From: Eledone cirrhosa
Lineage: Eukaryota
Assembly (NCBI GenBank): GCA_964016885.1
Contig: OZ024753.1
Coordinates: forward strand, 23,002,001-23,066,000
DNA length: 64,000 bases
Reading direction: 5' to 3'
Of this stretch, positions 1 through 17,771 are shown piece by piece (the stretch's first letter is position 1; each line of letters starts with the position of its first letter). The notes under the pieces were generated by a model. The model saw nothing but the letters and a program-made list of their open reading frames with translations. It made no database searches and was not told the origin of the DNA. The position numbers and the translations under genes are program-made.

Positions 1-55
1 AATAAAAACAGACGAATCTGCGGAGAAAAAAAATGACGAAAACACAAATCTGGAC

Positions 56-1825
56 ATGGATTCCAACAACGAAAAAAAAAAATTTGAAAAATTGCATGAC
101 AATACTAATAACACAAACAAAGACACAACAAACACAAAAATAACATTTGAAAATAACACCATATCAGAAAGCAAAGCAGACGACAAGATTTCATTTGCAC
201 AGAAAACAAAGAAATCTTTGACTTATATACCGGAAAATATTTCAGATGTGGCACGAAGGATCACAGACGCCAAACAATACATAAGTGAAGGAGAGAATGG
301 TATTTTATCGGTAAAAATGCCTCAAGAATTCACCAAAGACATTGAAAGCCGAACGGTCAAGTTTCGGACCATCAACAACAGTACAAAAAAACCTGAACAG
401 CCTTCTCAAGCAGATATCAAAACAGTACTCACAGAAGTACTTAATGAAACCACTTTCATAAGAAAAGACAGACTGTATGGAAGCCTAGCAATTATCATGA
501 AGAACGAATCGGCGGCAAAAAAATGTGCTTTGTCACCGATTCGTTCGAAAAATTTTACCTTTTATCCATCTTATATGGGTAAAAGAACTCAACGCATATG
601 GCTGGATGCAATGATGCCAGATGTGGACTACTGCTGGCTCATAGCTGGCTTCATCGATCCAGTGAATGACAACGTGATTTCCATTGGGAAAACCACAGGC
701 AATGCGTTCAGTGGAACAGGTATAGAGCTGGTAGTGCAAATGAAGCCTGAACGCATCGCCCAAATACCCGACAGAATCCTATTAGAGGACCACGGGTATA
801 TAAACATTAGCGTGGAGGGGAGAAGGCCGTCCTGCCATATCTGTGCAGGCAGAGGGCACCTGAAGGCCGCTTGTCCCCAACTCAACAAAAAGAAAACCCT
901 GCTACCAACACCAGCTCCACCACAACCACCACAACAGATAAACAAACAACAAAACTCAGTCCCACCCAACCCGTCCCTCAGTAAAACCACACCACCACCA
1001 CAACACAAACAGTCACAACACATTACCCCAAAACAAAATACAGGCCCACCCAACCTCTCACTCAATAAAACAACACAACCACCGCAGACACAACACACAA
1101 CACAGTCTAACATAGTGACATCCATCTCCCCCACAAAGAAAACCAACACGGAAACATTACCAGCAAACATACCTCTTCCCTCTAACACTGAAGATAACCC
1201 AACGAATTCGGAGGAAGAAACGGAGTCCTTCAGACAGATTAAAAGGAAAAAAAGAAAACATGTACAAAACACACAAGGCCAAACAACCCCCACCCAAATG
1301 TCAACACAATCCAACAAAACAGAAAACACCCCTCCAGCAACAAACAAAACCAAACCTGCCCCTCCCCTCTTCGAAACACTCACACCATCCGAAAAAAAGA
1401 CATTACACTATACTTACATCAACAGAAACAATAATAAATTAAATGAACTCATATACAATAATCCTTCGGTACAAACCGAAGGTGTAAACTTTGTTTCTTC
1501 GGAAAACTACCCACATTTAAAACTAATAAAGATCCCAATGAACCTCTACCAAAAACTAAAAAAGGATTTTAAGGAGGACGTAGGACCACCCTCTGTCAAA
1601 CCCATAAACCACGTCCTACTAAAAAGCTTTCCCCCTCCCCTTCCCCTCCCCAACACAACTCCAAACACCCCAACCCCACCACACACTGACGACCCCACAC
1701 CACCACAAGACACCCCTTCACCCAACACCCCCGACCCATGGAAGTCGTGCAACCCGAACCCCGGGAAGCGGAAAGGTAGGTCTCTACACTCTCCTTTGGC
1801 TCTGCCGCCTACATGCATGTGTTAA
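56..1825 (+). CDS. LINE ORF1 nucleic-acid-binding protein (zinc knuckle, Pro/Thr/Gln-rich C-terminus)
   Basis: CHICAGRGHLKAAC = Cx2Cx4Hx4C knuckle; overlaps ORF2 by 13 nt; the frame is open back to the window start, so the true start may lie upstream. Confidence 0.8.
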   Translation: MDSNNEKKKFEKLHDNTNNTNKDTTNTKITFENNTISESKADDKISFAQKTKKSLTYIPENISDVARRITDAKQYISEGENGILSVKMPQEFTKDIESRTVKFRTINNSTKKPEQPSQADIKTVLTEVLNETTFIRKDRLYGSLAIIMKNESAAKKCALSPIRSKNFTFYPSYMGKRTQRIWLDAMMPDVDYCWLIAGFIDPVNDNVISIGKTTGNAFSGTGIELVVQMKPERIAQIPDRILLEDHGYINISVEGRRPSCHICAGRGHLKAACPQLNKKKTLLPTPAPPQPPQQINKQQNSVPPNPSLSKTTPPPQHKQSQHITPKQNTGPPNLSLNKTTQPPQTQHTTQSNIVTSISPTKKTNTETLPANIPLPSNTEDNPTNSEEETESFRQIKRKKRKHVQNTQGQTTPTQMSTQSNKTENTPPATNKTKPAPPLFETLTPSEKKTLHYTYINRNNNKLNELIYNNPSVQTEGVNFVSSENYPHLKLIKIPMNLYQKLKKDFKEDVGPPSVKPINHVLLKSFPPPLPLPNTTPNTPTPPHTDDPTPPQDTPSPNTPDPWKSCNPNPGKRKGRSLHSPLALPPTCMC

Positions 1826-4800
1826 GAGTAGGATGTTTGAATGCACGTGGCCTGGGCTCAAATTGGAAGCAAGCAAAGCTTCTAAATGACCTCAGGTCAT
1901 GTAGTATAAATGTAATGGTTATCTGTGAGAATCGAATCAGCGTCGTGCGGCAGATGGCCCCCACCTTCGATGACTTTGAGGTGCATGCATCTCTCTGTCA
2001 ACCTGGAGGTGGGGGTGGGGTTGTCGTACTGCTGCAAAAACACCTGGGTCTTGCCGTACAAGTTGTGCACTCGGACCCGGAGGGTCGTTTGTTGGTGCTA
2101 GACGTTGGCAGTAGTGAAAGTGCGGCCTTGAGACTGGTTGCCGTCTACTCCCCTTTCGGAGCTGAACGACCCGACTTCTTCCAGCGTTTGGAGACTTTTC
2201 TGGGAACGTCGCGTTCCCTGCTTCTAGCGGGGGATTGGAATGACATCCTAGATGCACGTTGGGACTATTCAGGAGCATGTCCTAATAGAGGGTGGTGTAA
2301 CATCCTCAAGGGGTTACTCGACCGTTTTAACTTGGTCGATAGATATCGACTAGATTTTCCAACTGTGCCTACCTGGACTTGGAGAAACTACAGTGGTCAA
2401 TCTAGATCGTACTTAGATAGATTCTTAGTTAGAAGTAAGGATAGGGACATATTAAGCTGTCCAGAAATGCGCACGGTTGGCTACACGGATCACAAATTAG
2501 TGACCTGCGTAGTCAATCTCGAGAAAACACATAAACAGGGTCCCGGTTACTGGAAACTTAATTTGTCTTTACCGGCAAAAGAGACTTACAGAAACCGGAT
2601 TAGCAGATTAGTTAAGGAGAGGTTGACGGGTGCAATCGTCAACAACCGATGGTGGGCATCTCTCAAAAGAGAGATTAGAACAGAATCAATAAGTTATAGC
2701 AAGATGTTAGCTGCCGATAGGAATAGAAACGAGAAAGAATTAACAGGTAAATTAGAAGAGGCAATCAAGAGCGAAGATGTGGCCAGAGTGCTGGCATCGA
2801 GGACGGCCTTGAACCAGTTTTTCGATGCAAAGCACGAAGGCTGCTTCATTCGAAGTAAAATACGTGCTCTAGGTAATTAGGGGGCCAAAGCCGTTGGCTG
2901 GGCCCGCGTGACAGAAGCTAAGAGTGGAAATCGATCCACCATCCGGTCGTTGCAAGACGAAGATGGACGGGTGATCCGGGAGCCTAAGCAGATGTGCGAG
3001 GCCTTTCAAAGGCACTTTGCCCGATTGTTCGAGGGAGGCGAGGGTCCGGGCGGGGGCGTGAATTTCGGTCCATACCTCGATGGCCTGCCGCGTCTCTCGA
3101 GCGAAGAGGCAGAGTCCTGCGAGGGACCAATCTCGGCTGATGAGATCGGAGATGCGCTGAGCCAATGCAGCAGACGCAAATCTCCAGGTCTCGATGGTAT
3201 ACCTTACGAACTTTATTTAGCAATGCCGGTCTTCTTCTCCGAACTCCTCGAAGCGGTCTACTGCAATTGGCAGCAGAACGGGAGAATTCCTTGTTCTGTA
3301 GCCAAGGGCGTAGTCACGCTGGTGAGGAAGGACGAGAACAAGGGAGATAGTATAAATAATTTTCGGCCCATAACCCTGCTAAACACAGAGTTAAAGATTT
3401 TGGCCAAGGTGTTAGCAAAGAGGTTGGCGCTTGTCGTGGGTGACCTGGTGGGAGATGCGCAGACATGTGCTATCCCATCCAGGTCCATTCACGATAACCT
3501 CCACCTCATGCGATACATCATAGAGAGGGTTGGCAACAAACCCGGCTTCGGTGGGGCCCTGATCAACTTGGATCAGTCTAAGGCGTTCGATAGGGTCGAC
3601 CATGGTTACCTGGATGCGGGGCTAGCGGCGGCTGGGTTCGGTCCTGTTTTCAGAGGCTGGATCACTGCCTTACATAGCAACCACATCTGTTCTAGGATCA
3701 AGGTGAACGGCTACCTTTCGAAGCCGTTCGAAATCACACGATCCATTCGACAGGGGTGCCCTCTCTCCTCCCTTCTGTACGTATTGACTCTCGAGCCTTT
3801 ACTGAGGAAGTTGGAGTTGTTGCAGGGTATCCCCCTGGAACCAGGATTGAGCAAAGCGGTGTCGGCCTACGCCGATGACGTAACAGTAATGGTATCGACC
3901 GACTCGGAGATCGAGGCGATCGGTACCTTACTGGAGGAGTACGAAAGGTTGTCAGGAGCGAAACTGAACCGGGAAAAATCCATCGGGCTGCAACTCGGAA
4001 CGTGGAGAGGCAGACCGATGCCTCCTGACGGTGTCGTCGGACACTGGACGGAGGGCCCGGTAAAGTTACTTGGGGTCTGGTTTGGACCGGACCTCCAGGT
4101 GGAAAAGAACTGGAACGAGGTTACGAACAAGGTGTTTGCACTAACCCAGAAATGGGCCAAGTGTAAGCTGTCCCTAAAAGGCCGGGCGGAGGTGGCGAAC
4201 ATTTACATAGCGTCCGTCACTTACTACCGCCTGACTGTCGTGCTTTGCCCTAAGGAAACACTCACCACCATGGAACGCATGCTCTTCCAATTTCTTTGGA
4301 AGAAGCACCCTCCTATGGTGAGAAGATCCATCTGCTGCCAACAACCTTCGAAAGGAGGGCTGGGGATGCCGTAGGCACGCATTAAGGCTACGGCACCTAC
4401 AGGTATTCCTCACTGGTCAACCGGTGTGGGCTCCGTTCGTGAAACGAGCCTTTCCGAGACTCGTCTCGCTCACCGAGCTACAGTCCTGGGTCAAGCAAAG
4501 ATCCGGAAAACTGGGAGACTGGCACACTGAGTGTGCTCAGGCGCTCAGGGCTCTCTGGCAAGCGGGCCAGGCCATCGGTGGAGAATCCACCTCATCATTC
4601 TATAGAGGGCTGGTGGCTAGCAGGGGCGATGACACCCTTGGAGAGTCGCTGGACATGGAAGAAGACGAACTGGCCAGCCTGTTCGGTAGGACTTTCGGCC
4701 CAGGACCAATGGACAACTTCCAGAAGTCACTGGCCTGGCAGTGCTACCGGGGGGCTCTACCCGTTCGAGAGAGGCTCTACAGACACGGGCGCCCGGGCAG

Positions 4801-5185
4801 GGATCCCTCAAAAAAGATTTGCCCTAGATGCGTGCGTCACGAAGAAACCGTTGCGCACGCATTGGTGCAATGTCCGGGCGTGGCTGATCTGTGGGGCTAC
4901 GCCGAACGACTGCTGTCGCGGGTGGCGCCGATTAAATTGACCGCCGAGTCCGTGATGACAATCAAACCGCCTCCCCTCTTCACAAAGGAAGCAAAGGCGG
5001 TTTTTCTGTGCGTAATAGCCATGTTGAAAGAGGTTGTTTGGTGGACACGATTGAAAGGTCTGAGGTCAGGCAACTTCCTCTCTGGCCATAGTCTGGTCTA
5101 CTTCTTCCGATATCACTTCGGAAGAAGGATAAGAATGGAGAGAGAGAGGTGCTTGGCCACAGGCAGTTTTATGAAAGGTGGGTGA
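1813..5185 (+). pseudogene. LINE ORF2 (APE endonuclease + reverse transcriptase + zinc finger), disrupted
   Basis: APE motifs CLNARGL, AGDWN, SYLDRF, TDH; RT motifs LDQSKAFDRVDH, QGCPLS, YADD; C-terminal CPRC..ETVAHALVQC; in-frame TAG at 2878-2880, TAG at 4372-4374 and a frameshift before 4424. Confidence 0.9.
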
Positions 5186-5450
5186 TAGTGGCGAGAATGG
5201 CTCGTGTAAATGGGCCTTCTCTGTATACCATCCTGTAGGTAAAGAAGTAAAGGAGAGGGGAGCACCTTCTCCATGTGCTCCCCGGGCAAAGGATTGCACA
5301 CTTTTTCGGGGGTGTGTGCAACCCCCATCACATCCCCTCCCTTTTGAGGTTATTTTCGATTATTTTCATGTTACACCCTTTTTACTCGATTATATGTAAA
5401 CTCCCCCTTTGTATTTGTCCCTTCTTTTTATGCCTTTATGGTAAATAAAG

Positions 5451-5512
<62 letters not shown>

Positions 5513-6550
5513 GGAAGATGGACATTGTTTAGTGTACCGAACTTGCCTGCTACACCGTTCATCCAATTTTCATGAAACCTCACACACATATAAAACTTAA
5601 CGCGTAGAGTGGAATAGGCTACTTGAAATTTTCGAAAAATCGATAATCGGGCCCTATGACAGAATGTTTTTCGATTCCGATGAAATTTTATGTGAATTCG
5701 AACACAAGAACTCTTAGTTTACATCTGGCGCAATAAAAATAATTTCATATGCCCATATAAGGACGTCCGTTATTGATTGGACGGCCAGCTGCATGTCTTC
5801 CCAGCTGTCTCAGTAAACGACCGACCATTAAAGAGTTTCTTTTCATATTCCACCTTATTCAAGTGTAAATACAGTATTATCCCTATCTGAAAAGGGAACC
5901 AAATTTAATGGTGTCTTTTGTGAACCTAAAAGCTGTGAGTAAATTTTCAAACAGTCTTAAATAATCATGCTTTTTCAAAAAAAAATTACTAAATAATACC
6001 TTGACCAAGTTGTGTTAAACATACAATACAAGTAAAAAAATTTACGTCGTACCAATGTTTTCCTTTTTTAAACAAAAGATTCTAAAAAATTACTTAATTT
6101 ATAATACAGGAAGTGAGTAACTTTTCGGGTGTTTAAACGTAAGTTCACCAGGGTTTGTGTCTTCATTATTAGCCCACCTCTAATGGCATTTTTTGTTCTG
6201 CTTACGACTAAATATTATGAGTGTATTTGCAATTAATTGCGCACACGTGCACACCTGCATGCAGATAGACACTGACTGCCAATAAAAAATCGATAACTTG
6301 CTTATTAAGATATCGGTCAAAAAGAGAGATTGAATGTACTTTAGAACATTTTTTGAATATATTGTTCTTTTTGGCATATGTCAGAAATATAGCTACTATA
6401 CACTTTGGTTATTTTTTGTAACTAAAAAACGGTTCCTTTTGGGTGGATACTTAACGAGAAAAATCCTAGGGTTTTGGACAAGTTTGTTTCAGGCGCTGTA
6501 TAGACGCCTATTTTGTCACACCTTGGTCATGAATTCGTATTCTTTTCCAA

Positions 6551-6808
6551 TAGATATTTTCCGCTCTATAAGGCTCACCAGGATATAAGGCGTATCATTT
6601 AAAATCAGGTCCGCGCAACGGCGTGTAAGGCCAACCAGAAAATGCTATCTTCTTTACTTTTAGTCTAGATCTATTACTTCTGTTAGAGCCGTGATTGATT
6701 ACCATTGTATTATTTATACATAAGGCTCACCGGAGTATAAAGCGCAGAGCTGTTTTTTGATTAAATTTAATTATTTTAAGTGCAATTTATAGACGGGAAA
6801 ATTCGGTA
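6551..6808. mobile_element. Small Tc1/mariner-pogo-like MITE nested in the Helitron
   Basis: Imperfect TIRs (TAGATATTTTCCGCTCTATAA vs reverse complement of the right end, TACCGAATTTTCCCGTCTATAA) and an internal repeated ATAAGGCTCACC. Confidence 0.5.
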
Positions 6809-6930
6809 AGTTATTGTAATCATATTTCCAAACCTTCCCATTCACCAGTAACCATGCTAACGAATCTGGTGTCATCTCTCTCTGAATTTAATCACCTCTC
6901 TCTAACCTAACAGCTTCGTTACACGTCGTT

Positions 6931-7489
6931 ATGCCCACACGGAGACGTTCAAGACTTACCTCCAAAAAAGGTACAGCTATTGCTTTGAGACAAAGAATTA
7001 GGCGTTCTCAGGTATGAGTTCATTCACAATTGATTAATCCTTTATGCAATATTCTCCCTTAATGTTAGCAAGTACTGCGTTTATCCTAACTGTCACCACT
7101 TTTAAGCAACTACAACATTCTAATCGTAGTTATATTAAATTTATTGTCTTACCTTGATTCCCGTTTGTTCATGTTAGACTTTTCTCATTTACCATTGACA
7201 CTGCCATTGGCTTAGCTAACCAGTAGAATTAATTAATTTTCTCTAGGAAACACCTGCTGAGCGCGAATCTCGACTCGCTGATAGACGTCTTTCCCGGCTG
7301 GTTGAATCACCAACATCACGTACGACAAGGCTTGCTGATGTTCGCCTTCGTCGCCAACAAGCGCTGACGGAGGAATCACCAACATCCCGTCAGACGAGGC
7401 TTGAGGCTGTGGCAAAGGGCAATAACCCTAGATACAATTTTGATCAACTTTTTTTCACCTATAGCAAATTTACCGGGACAGGTTTTTAG
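6931..7489 (+). pseudogene. Spliced Helitron Rep/Hel N-terminal remnant with STPR-like repeats (exons 6931-7011 and 7247-7489)
   Basis: ATG at 6931 gives MPTRRRSRLTSKKGTAIALRQRIRRSQ; phase-0 donor CAG/GTATGA at 7012; acceptor TTTTCTCTAG/ at 7246; then ETPAERESRL..ESPTSRTTRL..ESPTSRQTRL, the last two 23 aa apart. Confidence 0.6.
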
Positions 7490-7997
7490 CTACTCAAATC
7501 TACTTCAGAGATCACGCATTGATGTAAAAAATCAATAAAACTGAAGCGGGGCTCGACTTTGCGCAAAAAAACAAGGCAAAGTTACACATGGGAAAACTTT
7601 TTACAGGAACGTCCTATATTCTTGAAAACTGTCACAAAAGACTCGCCATTATGCCGCGGTTAAGATAAAGGCCCTTTTAATTCTTCTTCTGAACATGTGA
7701 GCGCAAAAATTGTAAAAAAAAAAAAAAACCCTGAAAGTAATAGACATTTTCACGCTGCTTTAAATTAACTGAACATTCAATATCAAGCGATTTTGACTTC
7801 CGTCAGTCGTGCAGAGAACAATTTCAACGATACACTGTGTAACTACAATTAATAAATTACACACCTGTGTCTACTAACCTATTTTTTTCCATTGAAGTTC
7901 GAAGTTTTGAACCTGTGATGCGCGGGAAGTAACTTTCACACATTCTAACAGACCAAAGGTCGACTTACACCCGAGCAACGCCGGGTACTTCTGCTAG

Positions 7998-8460
7998 TAT
8001 ATTATATAGAGTACCACAGGACTTACAAATATATACAGCATACAAAAGATATCACTACTAGGTACTGTATATATATTATATAGAGTACCCCACGACTTAC
8101 AAATATATACAGCATACAAAAGATAGCACTACTAGGTACTGTATATATATTATATAGAGTACCACAGGACTTACAAATATATACATCATACAAAAGATAG
8201 CACTACTAGGTACTGTATATATATTATATAGAGTACCACAGGACTTACAAATATATACAGCATACAAAAGATAGAACTACTAGGTACTGTATATATATTA
8301 TATAGAGTACCACAGGACTTACAAATATATACAGAATACACAAGATAGCACTACTAGGTACTGTATATATATTATATAGAGTACCACAGGACTTACAAAT
8401 ATATACAGCATACAAAAGATATCACTACTAGGTACTGTATATATATTATATAAAGTACTA
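7998..8460. repeat. 74-bp minisatellite, about 6 units
   Basis: GAGTACC recurs at 8009, 8083, 8157, 8231, 8305 and 8379. Confidence 0.95.
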
Positions 8461-9039
8461 TCAATACAATAGAAACGACACCAGTAAGACCTACACTGCA
8501 CATATCCAAGGATCACAGAGCTGTGCTCGGTAAAGCAGTAATAATGCGCAACAGAATAATAATATAGTATAAATAGTTTCACCTTGTATATATGAGTATT
8601 CTATTCTGTTTTGCAATGTTATTTCCTTGTTGAATTAGAACATACTGAGATATTCTTTAACATAAGACACTGTGGAAGAAGGACCATACAACAATGGTAT
8701 TTATTATCCGAAAATTTGTACAATCAATCTATCGTTGAAAAGGACGCTAATGAAATGTCTGGGAAGCTGTTAGTGAAAATCTTAAAGAACAAGAGAATCG
8801 ATAATTCTATTGAAGCAGTAAACGATGTTAACGCATTGGTTTCTGTAAAGAACGCTGTTATTTGACATTGAGCGAGAAAAGTAATTGAACGCCACAGAAT
8901 GATGGACTAGTGTGAAGAACAGTTGCGTTGTCTTCATTAGGAGGAGAGAAAAAATCAGTTATTTTGCCAAGTACGGAACAATAAAACCAGACTAAACAAT
9001 TTCTTTAGATTAAATAAATATTCTTGTAAATATATACGT

Positions 9040-9440
9040 ACATACATACTTTCACACACAGATGCATACATACTTATACATACATACATACAAACAAACA
9101 AACAAAGCTATTTCGAGTAACACCATCACTTTATACTTCAGCATGAACAAACGGGGATTTTTAGTCCTACTAGGGACTTGTCTATGGCCAGCAATAAGGT
9201 GTCAAATATCTAGCGATGTACTTGAAGCTTTTTTTAAGACTGGAAAGGCTTTTCACGGGGCCAATCCCACTCTCTGAACATCGTATGTATGTATACATAC
9301 ATGCATACATACTAACAGGCAGACATACATGCAGACATGCATACATACATACATGCAGGCATACATGCAGACATACATACATATATACATAAATACATAC
9401 ATACTTGTATACATACTTGCATACATACATACTTACATAT
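9040..9440. repeat. Degenerate (CATA)n microsatellite interrupted by ~180 bp of unique sequence
   Basis: CATACATA runs at about 9040-9095 and 9280-9440. Confidence 0.8.
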
Positions 9441-9739
9441 GCAATTCATAGAAAAGATAGCCCCGACAATAATCATCTTTCCTTTCACTTTACTTTCTCT
9501 TTTCTTTTCTTTCACTTTCTTTTCGATTTCCTTTCACTTTTCCTTTCCCTTTTCTTTCCCTTTTTTCCCCTTTCCTTTCACTATCAGTCTGTCTTCTCTC
9601 CCCTCTAATATCTACCTACCTTGCTAACCCCTACAATCACATACACTACTCTACTATAAACTACATGATGCCGTTTTCTGAAAACCAACCCCTTCTCATT
9701 CTCACGATGATTATATAACCATTCCGTATTTCCTAGCCG

Positions 9740-14053
<4,314 letters not shown>

Positions 14054-14312
14054 TGAAATATATGAAATATATGAAATATAAGAATCAAAGAACTGTTCAA
14101 AACATTATTGTGCTTACAGCTGTTTCCTCCAAACCGAGGTTTGGATTCTTCGGAGCAATTTATTAATGCATGGACAGTTATATGACCTCCTTTTCAGCCG
14201 AGAGACATACCAATACATATTCAAACATTGATACATATTCAAACATTGTGGGTCAACATTCATTACAAAATTTAGAGTGGCAGCACACACTTCGAGATTA
14301 CATTTATATTCC
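14054..14312 (-). mobile_element. PLE-a: short non-coding hammerhead-bearing fragment, probably a solo Penelope-like pLTR
   Basis: Unique island between two (TA)n arrays carrying a minimal hammerhead on the - strand; no coding sequence. Confidence 0.55.
14111..14157 (-). ncRNA. Minimal type-I hammerhead ribozyme, variant core (PLE-a)
   Basis: - strand: UGCU CCGAAGA a UCCAAACC uc GGUUUGGA g GAAA CAGCUG UA AGCA; the core reads CCGA instead of CUGA. Confidence 0.65.
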
Positions 14313-14891
<579 letters not shown>

Positions 14892-16119
14892 ACCACGGAA
14901 TGATATGTCACAGACTACACGGACTCGGCATAACTGGAAAAGTAGGTGAGTGGCTGCATGGCTTCCTGAGGGACAGAAGCCAGGCAGTCGCAGCAAATGG
15001 GGCTCTCTCGAGGGAAACACCGATAACAAGTGGGGTGCCTCAGGGGACAGTCCTGGGACCACTACTGTTTTTGGTGGCTCTCTCGGACATGCCCTCTGTG
15101 GTGCATGCAACAACATCCCTCACTAGCTATGCTGATGACACTAAGGTAGCACAGGCAATCAAAAACCCGGCTGACACTGCCCTCTTACAGCAGGATCTGG
15201 ATGCCATATACAGATGGGCGGAAGAAAACAACATGCAGTTTAATGCTGGCAAATTCCAAGCCCTACAATACAAACCTGCAAACACAAACACAAATATAGC
15301 GGAACACAGCTACACAGGACCAGGAGGGACCGATATCCCCGTGTCAAAATCGATACGAGACCTGGGCATAGACATGAGCGATGATGCATCTTTTTCTTCA
15401 CACATCATGAAGGTGGCGACAGCATGTAGACGATTCGCTGGCTGGATCTTGAGGACTTTCCTTACAAGAGATCGAGACACCATGTTGACACTGTGGAGGA
15501 CTTTTGTCCTAAGCCGCCTGGACTACTGCTCCCAGCTGTGGTCACCCCATAGTGTCAAACTAACCACAGAGCTTGAGGCAATCCAGCGAAGCTACACCAA
15601 GAGGATTGCCAAGATGAGGGAGACAAGCTACTGGGAGAGGCTGAAGGAACTGAACCTCTACTCCTTGGAGCGAAGACGGGAGAGATACGCAGTGATCTAC
15701 ATGTGGAAAATCCTGGAGGGACTAGCACCAAACTTTGGCATTGGGAGCTGGACCAACCGTCGAACAGGACGTCACTGTGTGGTGCCAAAGGTCCCGTCTT
15801 CCACATCTAGAATAAGGAGCAGGTATTGCAATAGCCTGGGATTCAAGGGCCCTCAACTCTTCAACAGGCTGCCGAGGCATCTGCGAGACTTGCATGACGT
15901 GGAGGTGGATGTCTTTAAGAAACATCTCGACACCTTGTTATCCAGGATCCCGGATGAGCCCACAGCAAGACACGAGGGAAACCTAAGGGCAGCAGCAACA
16001 AACTCCCTCCTACACCAGTGGCCAACCTATACAGGCTGGAGATAAAGTGTGTAGCAGCAAGGGCGGTGCCCCAGCATGGCCTCAGCCGGATGGCTGAAAC
16101 AGGTAAAAGAGTAAAAGAG

Positions 16120-16120
<1 letters not shown>
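14892..16120 (+). mobile_element. 5'-truncated CR1/L2-group LINE inserted in (TA)n
   Basis: Starts mid-RT; 3' UTR has the hairpin TCAGCC-GGAT-GGCTGA and a (GTAAAAGA)2 tail; (TA)n on both sides. Confidence 0.85.
14900..16045 (+). pseudogene. Reverse transcriptase C-terminal part (5'-truncated, no internal stops)
   Basis: [45 protein letters not shown]. Confidence 0.88.
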
Positions 16121-16920
<800 letters not shown>

Positions 16921-17513
16921 TATGTGTATGTATATATGTATATATATATGTGTATGTATGTATGTGTATGTGGATGTGTATGTATGCGTATGTGTGTACA
17001 CATGGACTAGAGTATGTATGTATATATGTGTGTGTCTATACGTGTGTATATATAAAGATAAGTTGAGTATGAAAATGTATACACATGAGCGCGTATGTAT
17101 GTACATGAATACATGTGTGTATATATATGTGTATGCATGTGTATATATATGTAAGTATGAATATGTGAATTGTGAGTATATGTATTTTGTAGAGGTGTGC
17201 AAATATATTTGTGTGTGAATGCGTGGGTGAAAGAATAAGTACACTTGAAAGAAAAATTTAAGTCTGAATGTTAAGTGCAAACACAAAACCAACCACGCAT
17301 ATCTTTACTATCTCTAATCCTTCTATAGATTTAGAAAAATAACCAATAATATATTCCATAAAAAATGTCAAAACAACAGATGGGAATCTAATTACTCACT
17401 GCCACCAAGAATTCTCACTGCTATCGAAAAACCACTCCTTCAACTATTCTTCTAACAACTTCACCCCTCCCTCCTAATATTCTCTATAAAAACTAAATAG
17501 GTCCTCAGTAATA

Positions 17514-17630
17514 TTATTCTGATGAAATGACAGTAAATAATAACATTGAAATATTGAATGTCTGCATAACTAAAAGTTTGTAGATAGCTGTTTTAGGTTA
17601 TGTAACTGTTATAGAAACACGTGTCAATAA
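17514..17630 (+). ncRNA. Hammerhead ribozyme with extended stem II (PLE-b)
   Basis: UUAUU CUGAUGA a AUGACAGU...ACUGUUAU a GAAA CACGUG UC AAUAA; 88 nt between the core halves. Confidence 0.75.
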
Positions 17631-17771
17631 ATTCCTTTCAACTAAACTGTATCCATTCAAATCTTTCTATTTTTCTCCGGATTACTTTTGGAACTACAAC
17701 TGGAACCGTCGAGCAAACTCTACGTGAGCTGATAATCTACTGTGTGTAATATTTATATTACAACACAACGG

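Larger units (their letters stand above)
1..5452 (+). mobile_element. L1/Tx1-type non-LTR retrotransposon, decayed; 5' end outside window
   Basis: ORF1 with CCHC knuckle overlaps ORF2 (APE endonuclease, RT, C-terminal CCHC); the 3' UTR ends GGTAAATAAAGAA and runs directly into (TA)n at 5453. Confidence 0.9.
5509..7997 (+). mobile_element. Non-autonomous (internally deleted) Helitron
   Basis: 3' hairpin ACCCGAGC-AAC-GCCGGGT (7969-7986) followed by CTAG (7994-7997) then T; internal STPR-like exon; 5' TC end not visible because it is lost in the (TA)n run. Confidence 0.7.

Noticed and set aside
533-5399. Antisense and alternative-frame ORFs over the LINE (and similar ones over the PLE ORFs)
   Set aside because: Shadow frames caused by compositional bias; no motifs.
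7998-8460. CRISPR-like array
   Set aside because: Units are near-identical over their full length, with no unique spacers, in a eukaryotic context.
8611-8865. 84-aa ORF in unique sequence
   Set aside because: Non-ATG start and no recognisable motif; cannot be supported without a database search.
9098-9145. Possible degenerate hammerhead on the - strand (CUGAAGU...GAAA UAGCUU)
   Set aside because: Core mismatch, non-palindromic hexamer, no NUH site and no stem I.
17519-17570. Compact hammerhead using the first GAAA (17548)
   Set aside because: Poor stems I and III; the distal GAAA at 17614 gives a palindrome, a GUC site and matched stems.
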